Positions 12,546 to 22,887 are shown, counted from the first letter of the whole stretch. The stretch: DNA of 54,590 nt, filler included, from Squatina squatina (GCA_031763465.1; 3 parts of 3 records of this genome joined end to end with filler, not necessarily neighbours in it); one strand, 5' to 3'. Notes: a model not told the origin generated them from the sequence alone. Translations and numbers: made by a program.

Positions 12546-12825
12546 ACTAAAAAATCAATTGTATGACACTCGTTGATTTGGCACTATGGGTGCCAGTTTG
12601 GGTCTAAAATAGCTTCCGAGCCTTGCATGCACACTTGTGGTATGGGTCGCANNNNNNNNNNNNNNNNNNNNNNNNNNNNNNNNNNNNNNNNNNNNNNNNN
12701 NNNNNNNNNNNNNNNNNNNNNNNNNNNNNNNNNNNNNNNNNNNNNNNNNNNTAAGGCCCATTTCCTTCAGATCAGACTCATGCGTACCTCATACGTGCCC
12801 GTAGGGGCCGCAAATTCAGCCCCAT

Positions 12826-12940
12826 AGGCTCCCTGTTCCACAATAATTCAAATTAAAAATTCTCATCCACATTTTTAATCCCTTCATGGCTTTGGTCTCT
12901 AACCTCTTCGAATGCTACAATCCCTTCCATTCAAACTCTT
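12826..12940 (+). mobile_element. L2 LINE 3' fragment
   Basis: ggctccctgttccacaataattcaaattaaaaattctcatcc...aatcccttcatggc; homologous to 18029-18100. Confidence 0.65.
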
Positions 12941-12942
12941 TG

Positions 12943-13568
12943 GGGGCCCAATTGGTCGGGTGTCGCGCACGGGTAGCAGTGAACAGCGTTGTTACCCGGG
13001 CGCGAAAGCAGCGTAAATCAAAAATTTTTGGATTTGCCCAATTGGCCCTGGCGCCCCGGCGGCGCCAAGGCCTCATCGTCAGGGATGTCGTTGGTGCCAG
13101 GTTCAGACGCCTGATGTCACCAAGTCGCGCGCCGACCCCTTTATGCCGGCCCTCGACCCCCCTCTGCATCTCTGGCGAGCCGCCTACGGAATTGGAGGGC
13201 GGCTCATCGGCGAGGCCCCAGGGGTTGGCAATGACAAGGCGGGTTAAAGGCGTGGGTCCAGCGCCGGCAGCCACCATATTTTGCAATGGCCGACTTCATT
13301 GTCGACCGATGTCTGGCAGCCGATCATCCTCAATCGCCCCGGGCACATTTGCCGGCACGGCATTTTTGAGCACCTGCACCCGGGTCCCTGGTGGTCCAGT
13401 GGCACTGAACATCCCTCCGTGTAAAAAGCCTGCGGCCCTTCCCTTTAAGGCAGGCGGCGGGGCCGCGGCTGGCGCATGCATCACTGACCCTCGCTGCTGG
13501 CGCTTCGCCCCCGCGGTGAGGGAGCCCCGAATGCAGCGCCCAGTTTGGGCGCTGACCAATTGAGCTCC
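12943..13568. mobile_element. GC-rich MITE-like element with TIRs (PIF/Harbinger-type)
   Basis: Left GGGGCCCAATTGGTC; right GACCAATTGAGCTCC (reverse complement GGAGCTCAATTGGTC), 13/15 match. The 225-aa ORF across it is not recognisable protein. Confidence 0.7.
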
Positions 13569-13571
13569 ATA

Positions 13572-13835
13572 GGTTTTGAGGAGCATCTTAAGGGAAGAGA
13601 AAGAGTTAGCGAGGCGGAGAGGTTTAGGGAGGCAATTCCAGAGCTTAGGATCAAGGCAGCTGAAAGCACAGGCATCAATGGCAGAGCAATTAAAATCAGG
13701 ATGAGCAAGATCCTGGAAGTGGAGGAGCGCAGAGATTTTGGAGGCTTAGGGCTGTAGAAGGCTACAGAGATAGGTAGGGGAGAGGCCATGGAGGGATTTG
13801 AAAACAAGGATGAGGATTTTAAAATTGAGACGTGG
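13572..13835 (-). mobile_element. L2 LINE 3' fragment
   Basis: Minus strand reads FKILILVFKSLHGL...AFSCLDPKLWNCLPKPLRL...LKMLLKT with a stop. Confidence 0.8.
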
Positions 13836-13968
13836 TCTATGTTTCTATGTTATGAGGCTGCAGGGTGACTTGGATAGGTTAGGTGAGTGGGCAGATAGAA
13901 ACATAGAAACATAGAAAATAGGTGCAGGAGTAGGCCATTAGGCCCTTCGAGCCTGCACCGCCATTCAA
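13836..13968 (-). mobile_element. CR1 fragments including a 3' tail (tagaaaca octamer repeats)
   Basis: atagaaacatagaaacatagaaaataggtgcaggagtaggccattaggcccttcgagcctgc. Confidence 0.8.
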
Positions 13969-14209
13969 NNNNNNNNNNNNNNNNNNNNNNNNNNNNNNNN
14001 NNNNNNNNNNNNNNNNNNNNNNNNNNNNNNNNNNNNNNNNNNNNNNNNNNNNNNNNNNNNNNNNNNNNTTTTAATAAGAAACGGCTAAATTAGCACATGT
14101 AATGAAAGGTTAGAAATGAGAGGAAATGCTGGTAATTTGGAAAAGACAGTGTAACATCTACCCAAAACCGCTGTCTCTTCAGATGCTGATGAACCTGCCC
14201 TGTATTTAC

Positions 14210-14604
14210 AACATAGAAACTTCGAAAATAAGAGCAAAAGTAGGCCATTTGGCCCTTCGAGCCTGCTCCGCCTTTCAATGTGTTCATGGCTGATATATCT
14301 CAACTCCATGTTCCCACTTTCTCCACATACCCCTTGATGCCTTTAAAACCTAGAAATCTATCCATCTCCTTGAATATATTCAGTGACTTGGCCTCCACAG
14401 CCTTCTGTGGTAGAGAATTCCACAAGTTCACCACCCTCTGAGTGAAGAAATTCCTCCTCATCTCAGTCCTAAATGGCCTAACCTGTATCCTGAGACCGTG
14501 ACCCCTGGTTCTCGACTCCCTAACCAGGGGAAACATCCTCCCTGCGTCTAGTCTGTCGAGCCCTGTCAGAATTTTATGTTTCAATGAGATCCCCTCTCAT
14601 TCTT
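14210..14604 (-). mobile_element. CR1 LINE 3' end
   Basis: ORF KILTGLDRLDAGRMFPLVRESRTRGHGLRI..FRTEMRRNFFTQRVVNLWNSLP, followed by the CR1 3' UTR and tail. Confidence 0.92.
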
Positions 14605-14722
14605 GGGCTGCTGGTCTGCTGCTCCTCCCCTCACAGGTCCGCTCTCAGTGCGCTCCTGGGTTCCCCGCCGCCCGGATTTATTGGGCTGCTATTTTAGATT
14701 AATATCTTATATTTTCTTGCAG

Positions 14723-14830
14723 GCACAATGAAGCTTACACCTGGACAAATCCAACTTGCTGTGTACATAACATTATAGTTGGTCAGCTTTGGATTGAGCA
14801 GTACGGAAATGTTGAAATAACTAATCACAA
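14723..14830 (+). CDS. OSBPL1A: Oxysterol-binding protein-related protein 1 exon (ORD domain): HNEAYTWTNPTCCVHNIIVGQLWIEQYGNVEITNH
   Basis: ttttcttgcag| ... AA|gtaagg, 108 nt, phase 2-2; NIIVG and YGNVEI fit OSBPL1A better than OSBPL2. Confidence 0.93.
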
Positions 14831-14908
14831 GTAAGGGGTACTTGACATTCTAAATAAGCTTCATATTGAAAATTTGAAGAGGTATTAATTAAACTCATCT
14901 GTCTACAG

Positions 14909-14998
14909 AACTGGGGAGAAATGCATTCTGAACTTTAAGCCGTGTGGCCTTTTTGGTAAAGAATTGCACAAAGTTGAAGGTTATATTCAGGACAAAAG
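14909..14998 (+). CDS. OSBPL1A: OSBPL1A exon: TGEKCILNFKPCGLFGKELHKVEGYIQDK
   Basis: ctgtctacag| ... AG|gtaagc, 90 nt; in frame with the previous exon across a 78-nt intron. Confidence 0.93.
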
Positions 14999-15132
14999 GT
15001 AAGCTTAATCGTCCTGCCAGTTGTGATTAAACGCAATCCTTTGCCCTTAATGCTGCATTTATACTTTACACTTGACATTGGTGCCACCTCATCTGAAACA
15101 TCACACCTATGCCAATCATGCTTTTTAGCTAC

Positions 15133-15498
15133 AGCTATACAAAGCCCTGGTTAGATCACACCTGGAGTACTGGGAGCAGGAAAGATATACTGGCCTTGGA
15201 GGGAGTGTGGCATAGATTTACCAGAATGATACCCGGACTCCAAGGGTTAAGATGCGAGGAGAGAGTGCACAAACTAGGGTTATATTCCTTGGAATTTAGA
15301 CAGTTAAAGAATGATTTGATCAAAGTTTTCAAGATGGCAGGTTTGACATGAAGAAAGAATGGATCGACTAGGCTTATATTCACTGGAATTTATAGAAACA
15401 TATAAAATTCTTAAGGGATTGGACAGGATAGATGCAGGAAGAATGTTCCCGATGTTGGGGAAGTCCAGAACCAGGGGTCACAGTTTAAGGATAAGGGG
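15133..15498 (+). mobile_element. CR1 ORF2 C-terminal fragments (two joined pieces)
   Basis: RKDILALEGVWHRFTRMIPGLQGLRCEERVHKLGLYSLEF and DRLGLYSLEF..KILKGLDRIDAGRMFPMLGKSRTRGHSLRI. Confidence 0.88.
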
Positions 15499-15848
15499 NN
15501 NNNNNNNNNNNNNNNNNNNNNNNNNNNNNNNNNNNNNNNNNNNNNNNNNNNNNNNNNNNNNNNNNNNNNNNNNNNNNNNNNNNNNNNNNNNNNNNNNNAT
15601 TGACGCATTTTAATACATGAAAAATGATTCTGTCTTTAATGGCAAATGGAAATTCAAAGGAGCAAATTGCTGTTCGATTTTTCTTTTTGTTTGGTGTGTT
15701 CATAATCAAAATGAAAAATTAATTGAAAGTTTGAGTGCCAAATCCAAACGGAAATAATTGCCTGCGCCTGGTATGAAAATCTATTTGCCGTTTTCGGTTC
15801 AGTTACTGTGAAAGTACAGGTGAACATACCTGTTTGAACCTTTTGTAG

Positions 15849-15939
15849 ATCTAGCCAGCGAAGAAAAGAAGAGGTTGGAGGAAAAGCAGAGAGCTGCTCG
15901 CAAGCAACGAGCCAAGACCGACAATGACTGGAAAAACAA
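15849..15939 (+). CDS. OSBPL1A: OSBPL1A near-terminal exon: (D)LASEEKKRLEEKQRAARKQRAKTDNDWKN
   Basis: ccttttgtag| ... AA|gttagt, 91 nt; conserved ORD motif EEKKRLEEKQR. Confidence 0.9.
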
Positions 15940-17822
15940 GTTAGTATCGCATTTTCTCCGCCTGTGATTTAGTGATGTACGGTTGATGTTTTAAGGAGGA
16001 GTCATGTTACGGTATTCTCTTTGTCTGCTCCCCCTGCCTTTGCATAAAATAATCTAAAGCTCCTTGTGTACAGCAGGGCAATTTAATAACATTAAATTGA
16101 CAGCTTAAAATTGGGAGAGTCACTCCTTCATATGTTTGACTTCAAATGCTGTTTGTTTAGATTAGTGTTAATATGAAATAATAATCCAAATTGGAGGTTC
16201 CTTTTTTTAAGTTCCCATTAGCAGACATAGCCCTGAAGGAGATTTAAATTTAGAAATTGCAAAGCAAAAAAGATGTACCAATGCTCTGCTATGCAAAATT
16301 AAACTATTTCAGAATTCAGGCTTTTATAGAAANNNNNNNNNNNNNNNNNNNNNNNNNNNNNNNNNNNNNNNNNNNNNNNNNNNNNNNNNNNNNNNNNNNN
16401 NNNNNNNNNNNNNNNNNNNNNNNNNNNNNNNNNNNNNNNNNNNNNNNNNNNNNNNNNNNNNNNNNNNNNNNNNNNNNNNNNNNNNNNNNNNNNNNNNNNN
16501 NNNNNNNNNNNNNNNNNNNNNNNNNNNNNNNNNNNNNNNNNNNNNNNNNNNNNNNNNNNNNNNNNNNNNNNNNNNNNNNNNNNNNNNNNNNNNNNNNNNN
16601 NNNNNNNNNNNNNNNNNNNNNNNNNNNNNNNNNNNNNNNNNNNNNNNNNNNNNNNNNNNNNNNNNNNNNNNNNNNNNNNNNNNNNNNNNNNNNNNNNNNN
16701 NNNNNNNNNNNNNNNNNNNNNNNNNNNNNNNNNNNNNNNNNNNNNNNNNNNNNNNNNNNNNNNNNNNNNNNNNNNNNNNNNNNNNNNNNNNNNNNNNNNN
16801 NNNNNNNNNNNNNNNNNNNNNNNNNNNNNNNNNNNNNNNNNNNNNNNNNNNNNNNNNNNNNNNNNNNNNNNNNNNNNNNNNNNNNNNNNNNNNNNNNNNN
16901 NNNNNNNNNNNNNNNNNNNNNNNNNNNNNNNNNNNNNNNNNNNNNNNNNNNNNNNNNNNNNNNNNNNNNNNNNNNNNNNNNNNNNNNNNNNNNNNNNNNN
17001 NNNNNNNNNNNNNNNNNNNNNNNNNNNNNNNNNNNNNNNNNNNNNNNNNNNNNNNNNNNNNNNNNNNNNNNNNNNNNNNNNNNNNNNNNNNNNNNNNNNN
17101 NNNNNNNNNNNNNNNNNNNNNNATTGCACTGAAAAAAACAGCGGAATTACAGACCTTGATCTTTAAATGCGTGCAAGCACTGGATTCCCAAAGTACGAAT
17201 GAGTTCATTTCTCAACAGTAACTTGCCATCAGTTTAATGAGTACCAAAAAAATTGCAAAGTGACTTGGTTTAGGAAACCACCATTCTGCTTTAACAGTGT
17301 ACTTTATCATAAAGATTTGAGATGCTTTAGGCAATACTGTGTAACTTTAATATCTCTGTGCCCGATGTCATGTTAATCTGATGAGCTGCCTAGAATTTGG
17401 AACTGAACTGTGTAATCAGTTGGCTCAACTTCAGTTCTGAGTGCTGCACTGCATTTTCAATGACATCCAATCTAGAAGACTTGATTTTCACACACATTTC
17501 ATGTTGGTAGTCAAGGTTTTCTGCTTTCCAGATTGGAAACTTTGCATTTGTACTGTTTGCCTCTGTTGAGCAGAATTAACTATTGGTCAAATGTTGTCTA
17601 ATAATCTGTGCTTCTCTCTGTTGTTTTCGCCCAAAGGAACCAATTGGCAGAGGGTCCCAGGTTTGGCTTGTTTGTACTTTGTTGCTGGTTTGCTGCCTGT
17701 GTGTGTCTTAAACGCATGGAATAACATTCTTTCTCTTTGAAATGAGCACTTCATTATAAAACAGAACCTTTGGTGAAATGCCGTGGCCACACTTATTTAA
17801 AGCAGATTAGGACCAGGGAGAC

Positions 17823-17922
17823 NNNNNNNNNNNNNNNNNNNNNNNNNNNNNNNNNNNNNNNNNNNNTTAATTAATTAANNNNNNNNNNNNNNNNNNNNNN
17901 NNNNNNNNNNNNNNNNNNNNNN
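17823..17922. other. Artificial scaffold linker N44-TTAATTAATTAA-N44
   Basis: TTAATTAATTAA at 17867-17878, centred in a 100-nt spacer; gives stops in all six frames. Confidence 0.95.
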
Positions 17923-18360
17923 CACTCCAACCTCCGTAAACATCAGCTTATCCAAACCTTTTCTACCCGTATCCGATCCAACACCAAGCTCCGGTCGCCC
18001 ATTGCCCCTGTCCTGTACGAACTGCGTTGGCTCCTGGTTCCCCCAGTGTCTCAAATTTAATATTCTCATCCTTGTGTTTAAATCCCTTCATGGCCTCATC
18101 CCTTCTTAATTCTGTAACCTCCTTCAGCCCTAAAACCCCGAACACTCCATTTTGAGTTCTGGCTTTTTTTGCAACCTGCCTTCCTTCACTCCACCACTGG
18201 TGGCCATTCCTTTCTAAAGACCCAGCTCTTTCACCAAGCTATAGGTCACTCCTTCCTAATATTTCCTCCTTTGGCTCGGTGTTCATTTTTTTAGTTACGC
18301 CTCTGTGAAGTACCATGGGGCACTTTCCTTTGTTGAAGGTGCCATGTAAAATGTTGCAAT
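17923..18360 (+). mobile_element. L2 LINE 3' end
   Basis: tggctcctggttccccagtgtctcaaatttaatattctcatccttgtgtttaaatcccttcatggcc ... ctctgtgaag...gaaggtgccatgtaaaatg tail. Confidence 0.8.
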
Positions 18361-18403
18361 GTTAAAATGTTACTGATTTCTTTTTTTTTTAAATTCTACG
18401 CAC

Positions 18404-18600
18404 CATAATAGTTCATGATAAATCCTTGCCCCTTTCCGAAAATCAAGCCGGCTGGATCTGAATGGAATCTGACAGTAAGGTCAGAGGTGGTGGAATAGAC
18501 TTTTAACGGAGCGTTGCTTCCAACGTATTGTCCAAGAATCCTCATGGTTAGGTCATCTCCATCGTACAGGGATAATATGTCGCTGTTGGTGAGGTTCAGG
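18404..18600 (-). CDS. SEZ6L: Seizure 6-like protein exon (CUB domain): LNLTNSDILSLYDGDDLTMRILGQYVGSNAPLKVYSTTSDLTVRFHSDPAGLIFGKGQGFIMNYY
   Basis: tcttgcacag| ... G|gtgcgt, 197 nt; FHSDPAGLIFGKGQGFIMNY is the SEZ6L signature as I recall it. Confidence 0.93.
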
Positions 18601-18649
18601 CTGTGCAAGAGGAAAAAAAATTAACAATTAACATTCACAATTTGCTCTC

Positions 18650-19272
18650 CTCCTATTTCCTTTCTTCCTGTCCTGAAGTCGTTGTCCTGGTCCACCCTAT
18701 GGTGCAGTTCCCTGGGTACCAGGTCTCTGACCCACCCTACGGTGCAGTTCCCTGGGTACCAGGTCTCTGACCCACCCTACGGTGTAGTTCCCTGGGTACC
18801 AGGTCTCTGACCCACCCTAGGGTGCAATTCCCTGTGTACCAGGTCTCTGACCCACCCTAGGGTGCAATTCCCTGGGAACTAGTTCTCTGTCCCACCCTAG
18901 GGTACAGTTCCCTGGGTACCAGGTTTCTGTCCCACCCTAGGGTGCAATTCCCTGGGTACCAGGTCTCTGTCCCACCCTAGGGTGAAGTTCCCTGGGTACC
19001 AGGTCTCTGTCCCACCCTCGGGTGCAGTTCCCTGGGTACCAGGTCTCTGTCCCACCCTCGGGTGCAGTTCCCTCGGTACCAGGTCTCTGTCCCACCCTAG
19101 GGTGAAGTTCCCTGGGTACCAGGTCGCTGTCCCACCCTAGGGTGCAGTTCCCAGCCAATTCCTAGCACCTCAGCCAGGTGCCATTCTTCGTGGATGAGCC
19201 TAGATAGTGGATTTTTGGGAAGCTATCGATTATAGAGTGGGTATCATGACTGAGCCTGTTCCTGTCCTCTTT
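18650..19272 (-). mobile_element. tRNA-derived SINE body (same family as 35480-35770, 36420-36545, 37485-37710) split by a minisatellite
   Basis: Flanks tcctgtcctgaag.. and ..gccattcttcgtggatgagcctagatagtg..cctgtcctc match the reverse complement of the other copies. Confidence 0.55.
18691..19152. repeat. Minisatellite, 40-bp unit (CCACCCTAGGGTGCAGTTCCCTGGGTACCAGGTCTCTGTC), ~11.5 highly similar copies, in a SEZ6L intron
   Basis: Direct reading. Confidence 0.95.
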
Positions 19273-19284
19273 GAATATCTGAAA

Positions 19285-19304
19285 ACACACACACACACAC
19301 ACAC
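19285..19304. repeat. (CA)n microsatellite
   Basis: Direct reading. Confidence 0.85.
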
Positions 19305-19594
19305 AGGGGTAGAAATGACTCCAATCCAGTTTCACTCACCCAGAACAAAGAGGCCCAAATCCGACCTGAAATTGGGTCTCGAGGCCTCGCCTACATAATC
19401 AGGGCAAGCTCCCGGCACTTGTCATGCCTTCATAAATTNNNNNNNNNNNNNNNNNNNNNNNNNNNNNNNNNNNNNNNNNNNNNNNNNNNNNNNNNNNNNN
19501 NNNNNNNNNNNNNNNNNNNNNNNNNNNNNNNNNNNNNNTTGGTCCAACATATTCCTTGCTCCTACTTTCTACCACTGCATCTCCTGTCACTAAC

Positions 19595-19787
19595 CTTGAT
19601 AATGGAGTTGAAATGTCCCAATACCTCCATATTGGAATGAGCGGAAATGCACTGAAATGGTATTGGTTGGGCTTCGGATCACCTGGCCTTCGACTAGAAG
19701 CATTTGGTTGGCCAAAACTATCCAACGGTCCTCTTCCAATCCACGGATGGAGAGCTGCTCCCCTTCAGAGAGGTTCAGAGTCTTAAC
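19595..19787 (-). CDS. SEZ6L: SEZ6L exon (first CUB domain): VKTLNLSEGEQLSIRGLEEDRWIVLANQMLLVEGQVIRSPTNTISVHFRSFQYGGIGTFQLHYQ
   Basis: ccttcttttcag| ... G|gttagt, 193 nt; VLANQxLLVEGQVIRSPTNTISV matches SEZ6L. Confidence 0.93.
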
Positions 19788-20448
19788 CTGAAAAGAAGGA
19801 CAACACAATATCTCAGTGACTGCGTGTGGGGAGCAATAGTTTTGTCTGTAGATGTAACCTTCTAAAGACGACAGTAGCAGCTCTGAAACCACAGCAATAA
19901 AACTTATAACAAGATTACCAGACCGTAATATTTTTAGCTGAACTGTTGAATTAAGAGCCATTTCAATCACCTTTTTATTTGTCTTGCTCTATCTATATTG
20001 AAAGTTGCAAATTAGCTGTGCTGATGGCTTAGTGGCTGCTTTATATCTGTACGAGGATANNNNNNNNNNNNNNNNNNNNNNNNNNNNNNNNNNNNNNNNN
20101 NNNNNNNNNNNNNNNNNNNNNNNNNNNNNNNNNNNNNNNNNNNNNNNNNNNNNNNNNNNAGAGAAAAAGAACAGAGTCTCGAACAAGCGACCGCAACAGA
20201 GCGGGGAGGACGACAAGAAATAAAAGCAACAAGGGGGAGAAGTGATAACCCACAGATAAATATATATATATTTATAGAGAGAGAGAGCAAACAGGGATAG
20301 ACAAAAGAACGGGACAGCTCTCTCCAATAGCCAACGCAGGCAATGCATTGAGCTGGGAACAGATTGCGGATTGGAAGAATTTGAGGAATAGGCGAGAAAG
20401 GAAAGATTTCAAAAACTGGTCTTAAGTCTATACAAGAAAATTCCTTAC

Positions 20449-20533
20449 CCTGCACCTGAGCTTGGATTCCCCACAGCAAGGACGCGCGAAACACCCAGAC
20501 AACGGCAGAGTTCCTCAGTCCAAAAGACAACAT
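20449..20533 (-). CDS. SEZ6L: Probable SEZ6L first coding exon (signal-peptide-like): MLSFGLRNSAVVWVFRASLLWGIQAQVQ
   Basis: gaggATG start, hydrophobic stretch, phase-1 donor CAGG|gtaagg; lies upstream of the other SEZ6L exons, next to GC-rich sequence. Confidence 0.6.
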
Positions 20534-20639
20534 CCTCGGTTCCTTATTTCCAACGACTCCCTTGTCTATATATACATATACATATATTTTTAAACATAAA
20601 TCTTCCTTTCTGTGGTAGCCTCTCCCGAAATAACAGTAG

Positions 20640-20934
20640 CGACTGCAGCCCTCCCGCTCCCTCTCCCCACTTCTCTCTCTCTCTGACTCAAAGCCTGGGT
20701 GGCAGACTTGCTTTAGGAGGAGGACAGCCCCCAGCTCTCAGCCACTTTTCGCATTCTGAAGCGCAGGGAATCGATTCTTTGCGTCACCGCTTGCTGGCTC
20801 TCAGTTGGAAATTCAGCAGATGAGAGGTTGGCTGGGGTGGGGGTGGTGGAAGGGGCGGGGGGGGGGGATGGTTATCTTGTCTAATGCTGTTTGCCCGTCA
20901 GTCGCTTCCCATCCAATCCGACACCCTTGCCCCC
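20640..20934 (-). promoter_or_regulatory. Candidate SEZ6L promoter / 5' UTR
   Basis: GC box ggggcggg (~20852), CRE-like tgcgtca (~20780), G-runs; directly upstream of the putative first exon. Confidence 0.35.
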
Positions 20935-21865
20935 NNNNNNNNNNNNNNNNNNNNNNNNNNNNNNNNNNNNNNNNNNNNNNNNNNNNNNNNNNNNNNNNNN
21001 NNNNNNNNNNNNNNNNNNNNNNNNNNNNNNNNNNAGCCAAGGGTAGGAAATGCCTTGAACCAACTCCATGGAGTGCTCCATGCTTTTTTTTAATGAGACT
21101 TGTGATGATATATTTCTGGAGGCTGTCGATCATCATAATCAGGTTGCTGAATTGAGATCCAGCATTCTGACTGACAAGCTTTTCAAATGATGTGCGGCAG
21201 CTGCTCAGAGCTGCCATCAATCTGGCCGGAGTGAGACATCCCTCGTACACGACTGCAATTTCTTTTCCACGCTCTGCCAACTCCGAGCCCGGTACAGGTT
21301 CAGCCTCAGTTAAAGCTATTTACGACGCTGCCCCTGAGTTGCTGAATTTCTTAGCCGCTGCCAGTTTGGCATCACCCATGTAGCAATCGCCACTCACCCA
21401 TTGTGGGCGAACATGGTGCTCACACAAAGCTATTTTCTGCTTGAGCGAGCATCGCAGAGTGAGCTGGGAATGGAGTGAGATAAAAAGAGAGTTTGCGTAA
21501 AGACTTCTATTGCTGGGATTTGATGAGACTGGGACTGCAATGACCAACAACAACAACAACTTGCCTTTTAAGTAGTGCCTTTATGTACTAAAAGGTGATA
21601 CAGTCGATAATGACGATACAAGCGCTCTGTCTGAGTGTTTTGTGTTGATCGCTGTTGAATGTATTGAATGTGTCCTTGAACTTCAAATGGCCTTCATTCC
21701 TTTGTGAAGAGAAGATATTACATCAGCACCATTGTCACAACTTATGTTTATTAGCATGCAATTATTGTGTCAAGTAAGTGAAAATGGTTTTACTTTTCTA
21801 TTCATAGAGTTCCAGTATAATGATTTTGAAATATCTTCTGCAATGAGCAATGTTGAAGAAACACA

Positions 21866-22017
21866 TTGTTCTATAGATATGTGAAGAGAAAAAGATTAGT
21901 TAAGACAAATGTAGGTCCCTTGCAGTCAGAAACAGGTGACTTGATCATGGGGAACAAGGACATGGCAGACCAATTGAATAACTACTTTGGTTCTGTCTTC
22001 ACTAAGGAAGACATAAA
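21866..22017 (+). mobile_element. CR1 ORF2 fragment (shark type)
   Basis: FYRYVKRKRLVKTNVGPLQSETGDLIMGNKDMADQLNNYFGSVFTKED. Confidence 0.88.
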
Positions 22018-22117
22018 NNNNNNNNNNNNNNNNNNNNNNNNNNNNNNNNNNNNNNNNNNNNNNNNNNNNNNNNNNNNNNNNNNNNNNNNNNNNNNNNNNN
22101 NNNNNNNNNNNNNNNNN

Positions 22118-22275
22118 CCCAGGATACGGTTGCCTTTCTGGGCTACGAGCGCACACTACGTGCTCGTGTTAAGTTTCTCATCGACCAACACCCCCAAGTC
22201 CTTCTCTGCAGGGCTGCTCTGAATCTCTTCTCCGCCCAACCTGTAGCTGTGCCTGGGATTGCCCCTACCCAGGTG
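22118..22275 (-). mobile_element. CR1 RT fragment of avian type
   Basis: Minus strand reads [52 protein letters not shown]. Confidence 0.8.
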
Positions 22276-22750
22276 GGGTGCATGAATGAAACCATTTTTT
22301 AGACTAATTTTAATCTTTTCTATGCGTCTACATGTTCTCTGTCATGTCAAATGCGACCAGATTTACACTAGCCATAAAGTCTTTATTCTCTGAAGCACTG
22401 AGATATCAATGCTAGTAATGGTAAGGAAAGCCATATTGTACACTTTGTGTTGGGTTGCTGCTGTATTGACCGTTTTGAGGGCTATTCTGGTAGTTAAGAC
22501 ACTAAAGCAGTCTGCATATGGCCAGTCTGGAATATGAACTTCCTGCATTTGCAGGGTTTTTATTAGTACCTCTCATCACGACATTCCCAAAGATCTTGAC
22601 TTGCTTAACTGTCAGAGGATCTGAATCTGGATTTTTTTTCTTTTAGTTCCAGAAATTAAACAGCGATCACGACCAATTGGTCTGGATTTCTGACCAAGCC
22701 CGTAGCCAATTACAACTGGTCGCTTTTTTGATTGAGACGGAAGAAATTAC

Positions 22751-22887
22751 CTTTCAGCTTCATCGTCACTTTCATCGCTAGACTCCTCCTCCAGTGCTGT
22801 CTGCAGGTCCGCGATCCGTTTTATTGACGTTTCGAGATCCGCTTGCAAGGTCTCTTTCATCGCCATCAGGCTCTCCACCTGAGATCC
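22751..22887 (-). CDS. MYO18B: Unconventional myosin-XVIIIb tail exon: GSQVESLMAMKETLQADLETSIKRIADLQTALEEESSDESDDEAE
   Basis: ttggcag| ... AG|gtaatt, 137 nt; TLQxDLETSIxRIADLQ matches MYO18B. Confidence 0.9.

Noticed and set aside
12886-13563. 225-aa ORF
   Set aside because: It coincides with a GC-rich TIR element, has overlapping ORFs on both strands and shows no domain.
14723-14998. OSBPL2 as the gene identity
   Set aside because: NIIVG, YGNVEI, LNFKP and EGYIQDK fit OSBPL1A as recalled.
16257-17208. 276-294-aa ORFs and other X-containing ORFs
   Set aside because: Artefacts of N gaps.
18691-19152. CRISPR-like array
   Set aside because: Contiguous tandem units with no unique spacers, vertebrate intronic context and no cas genes.
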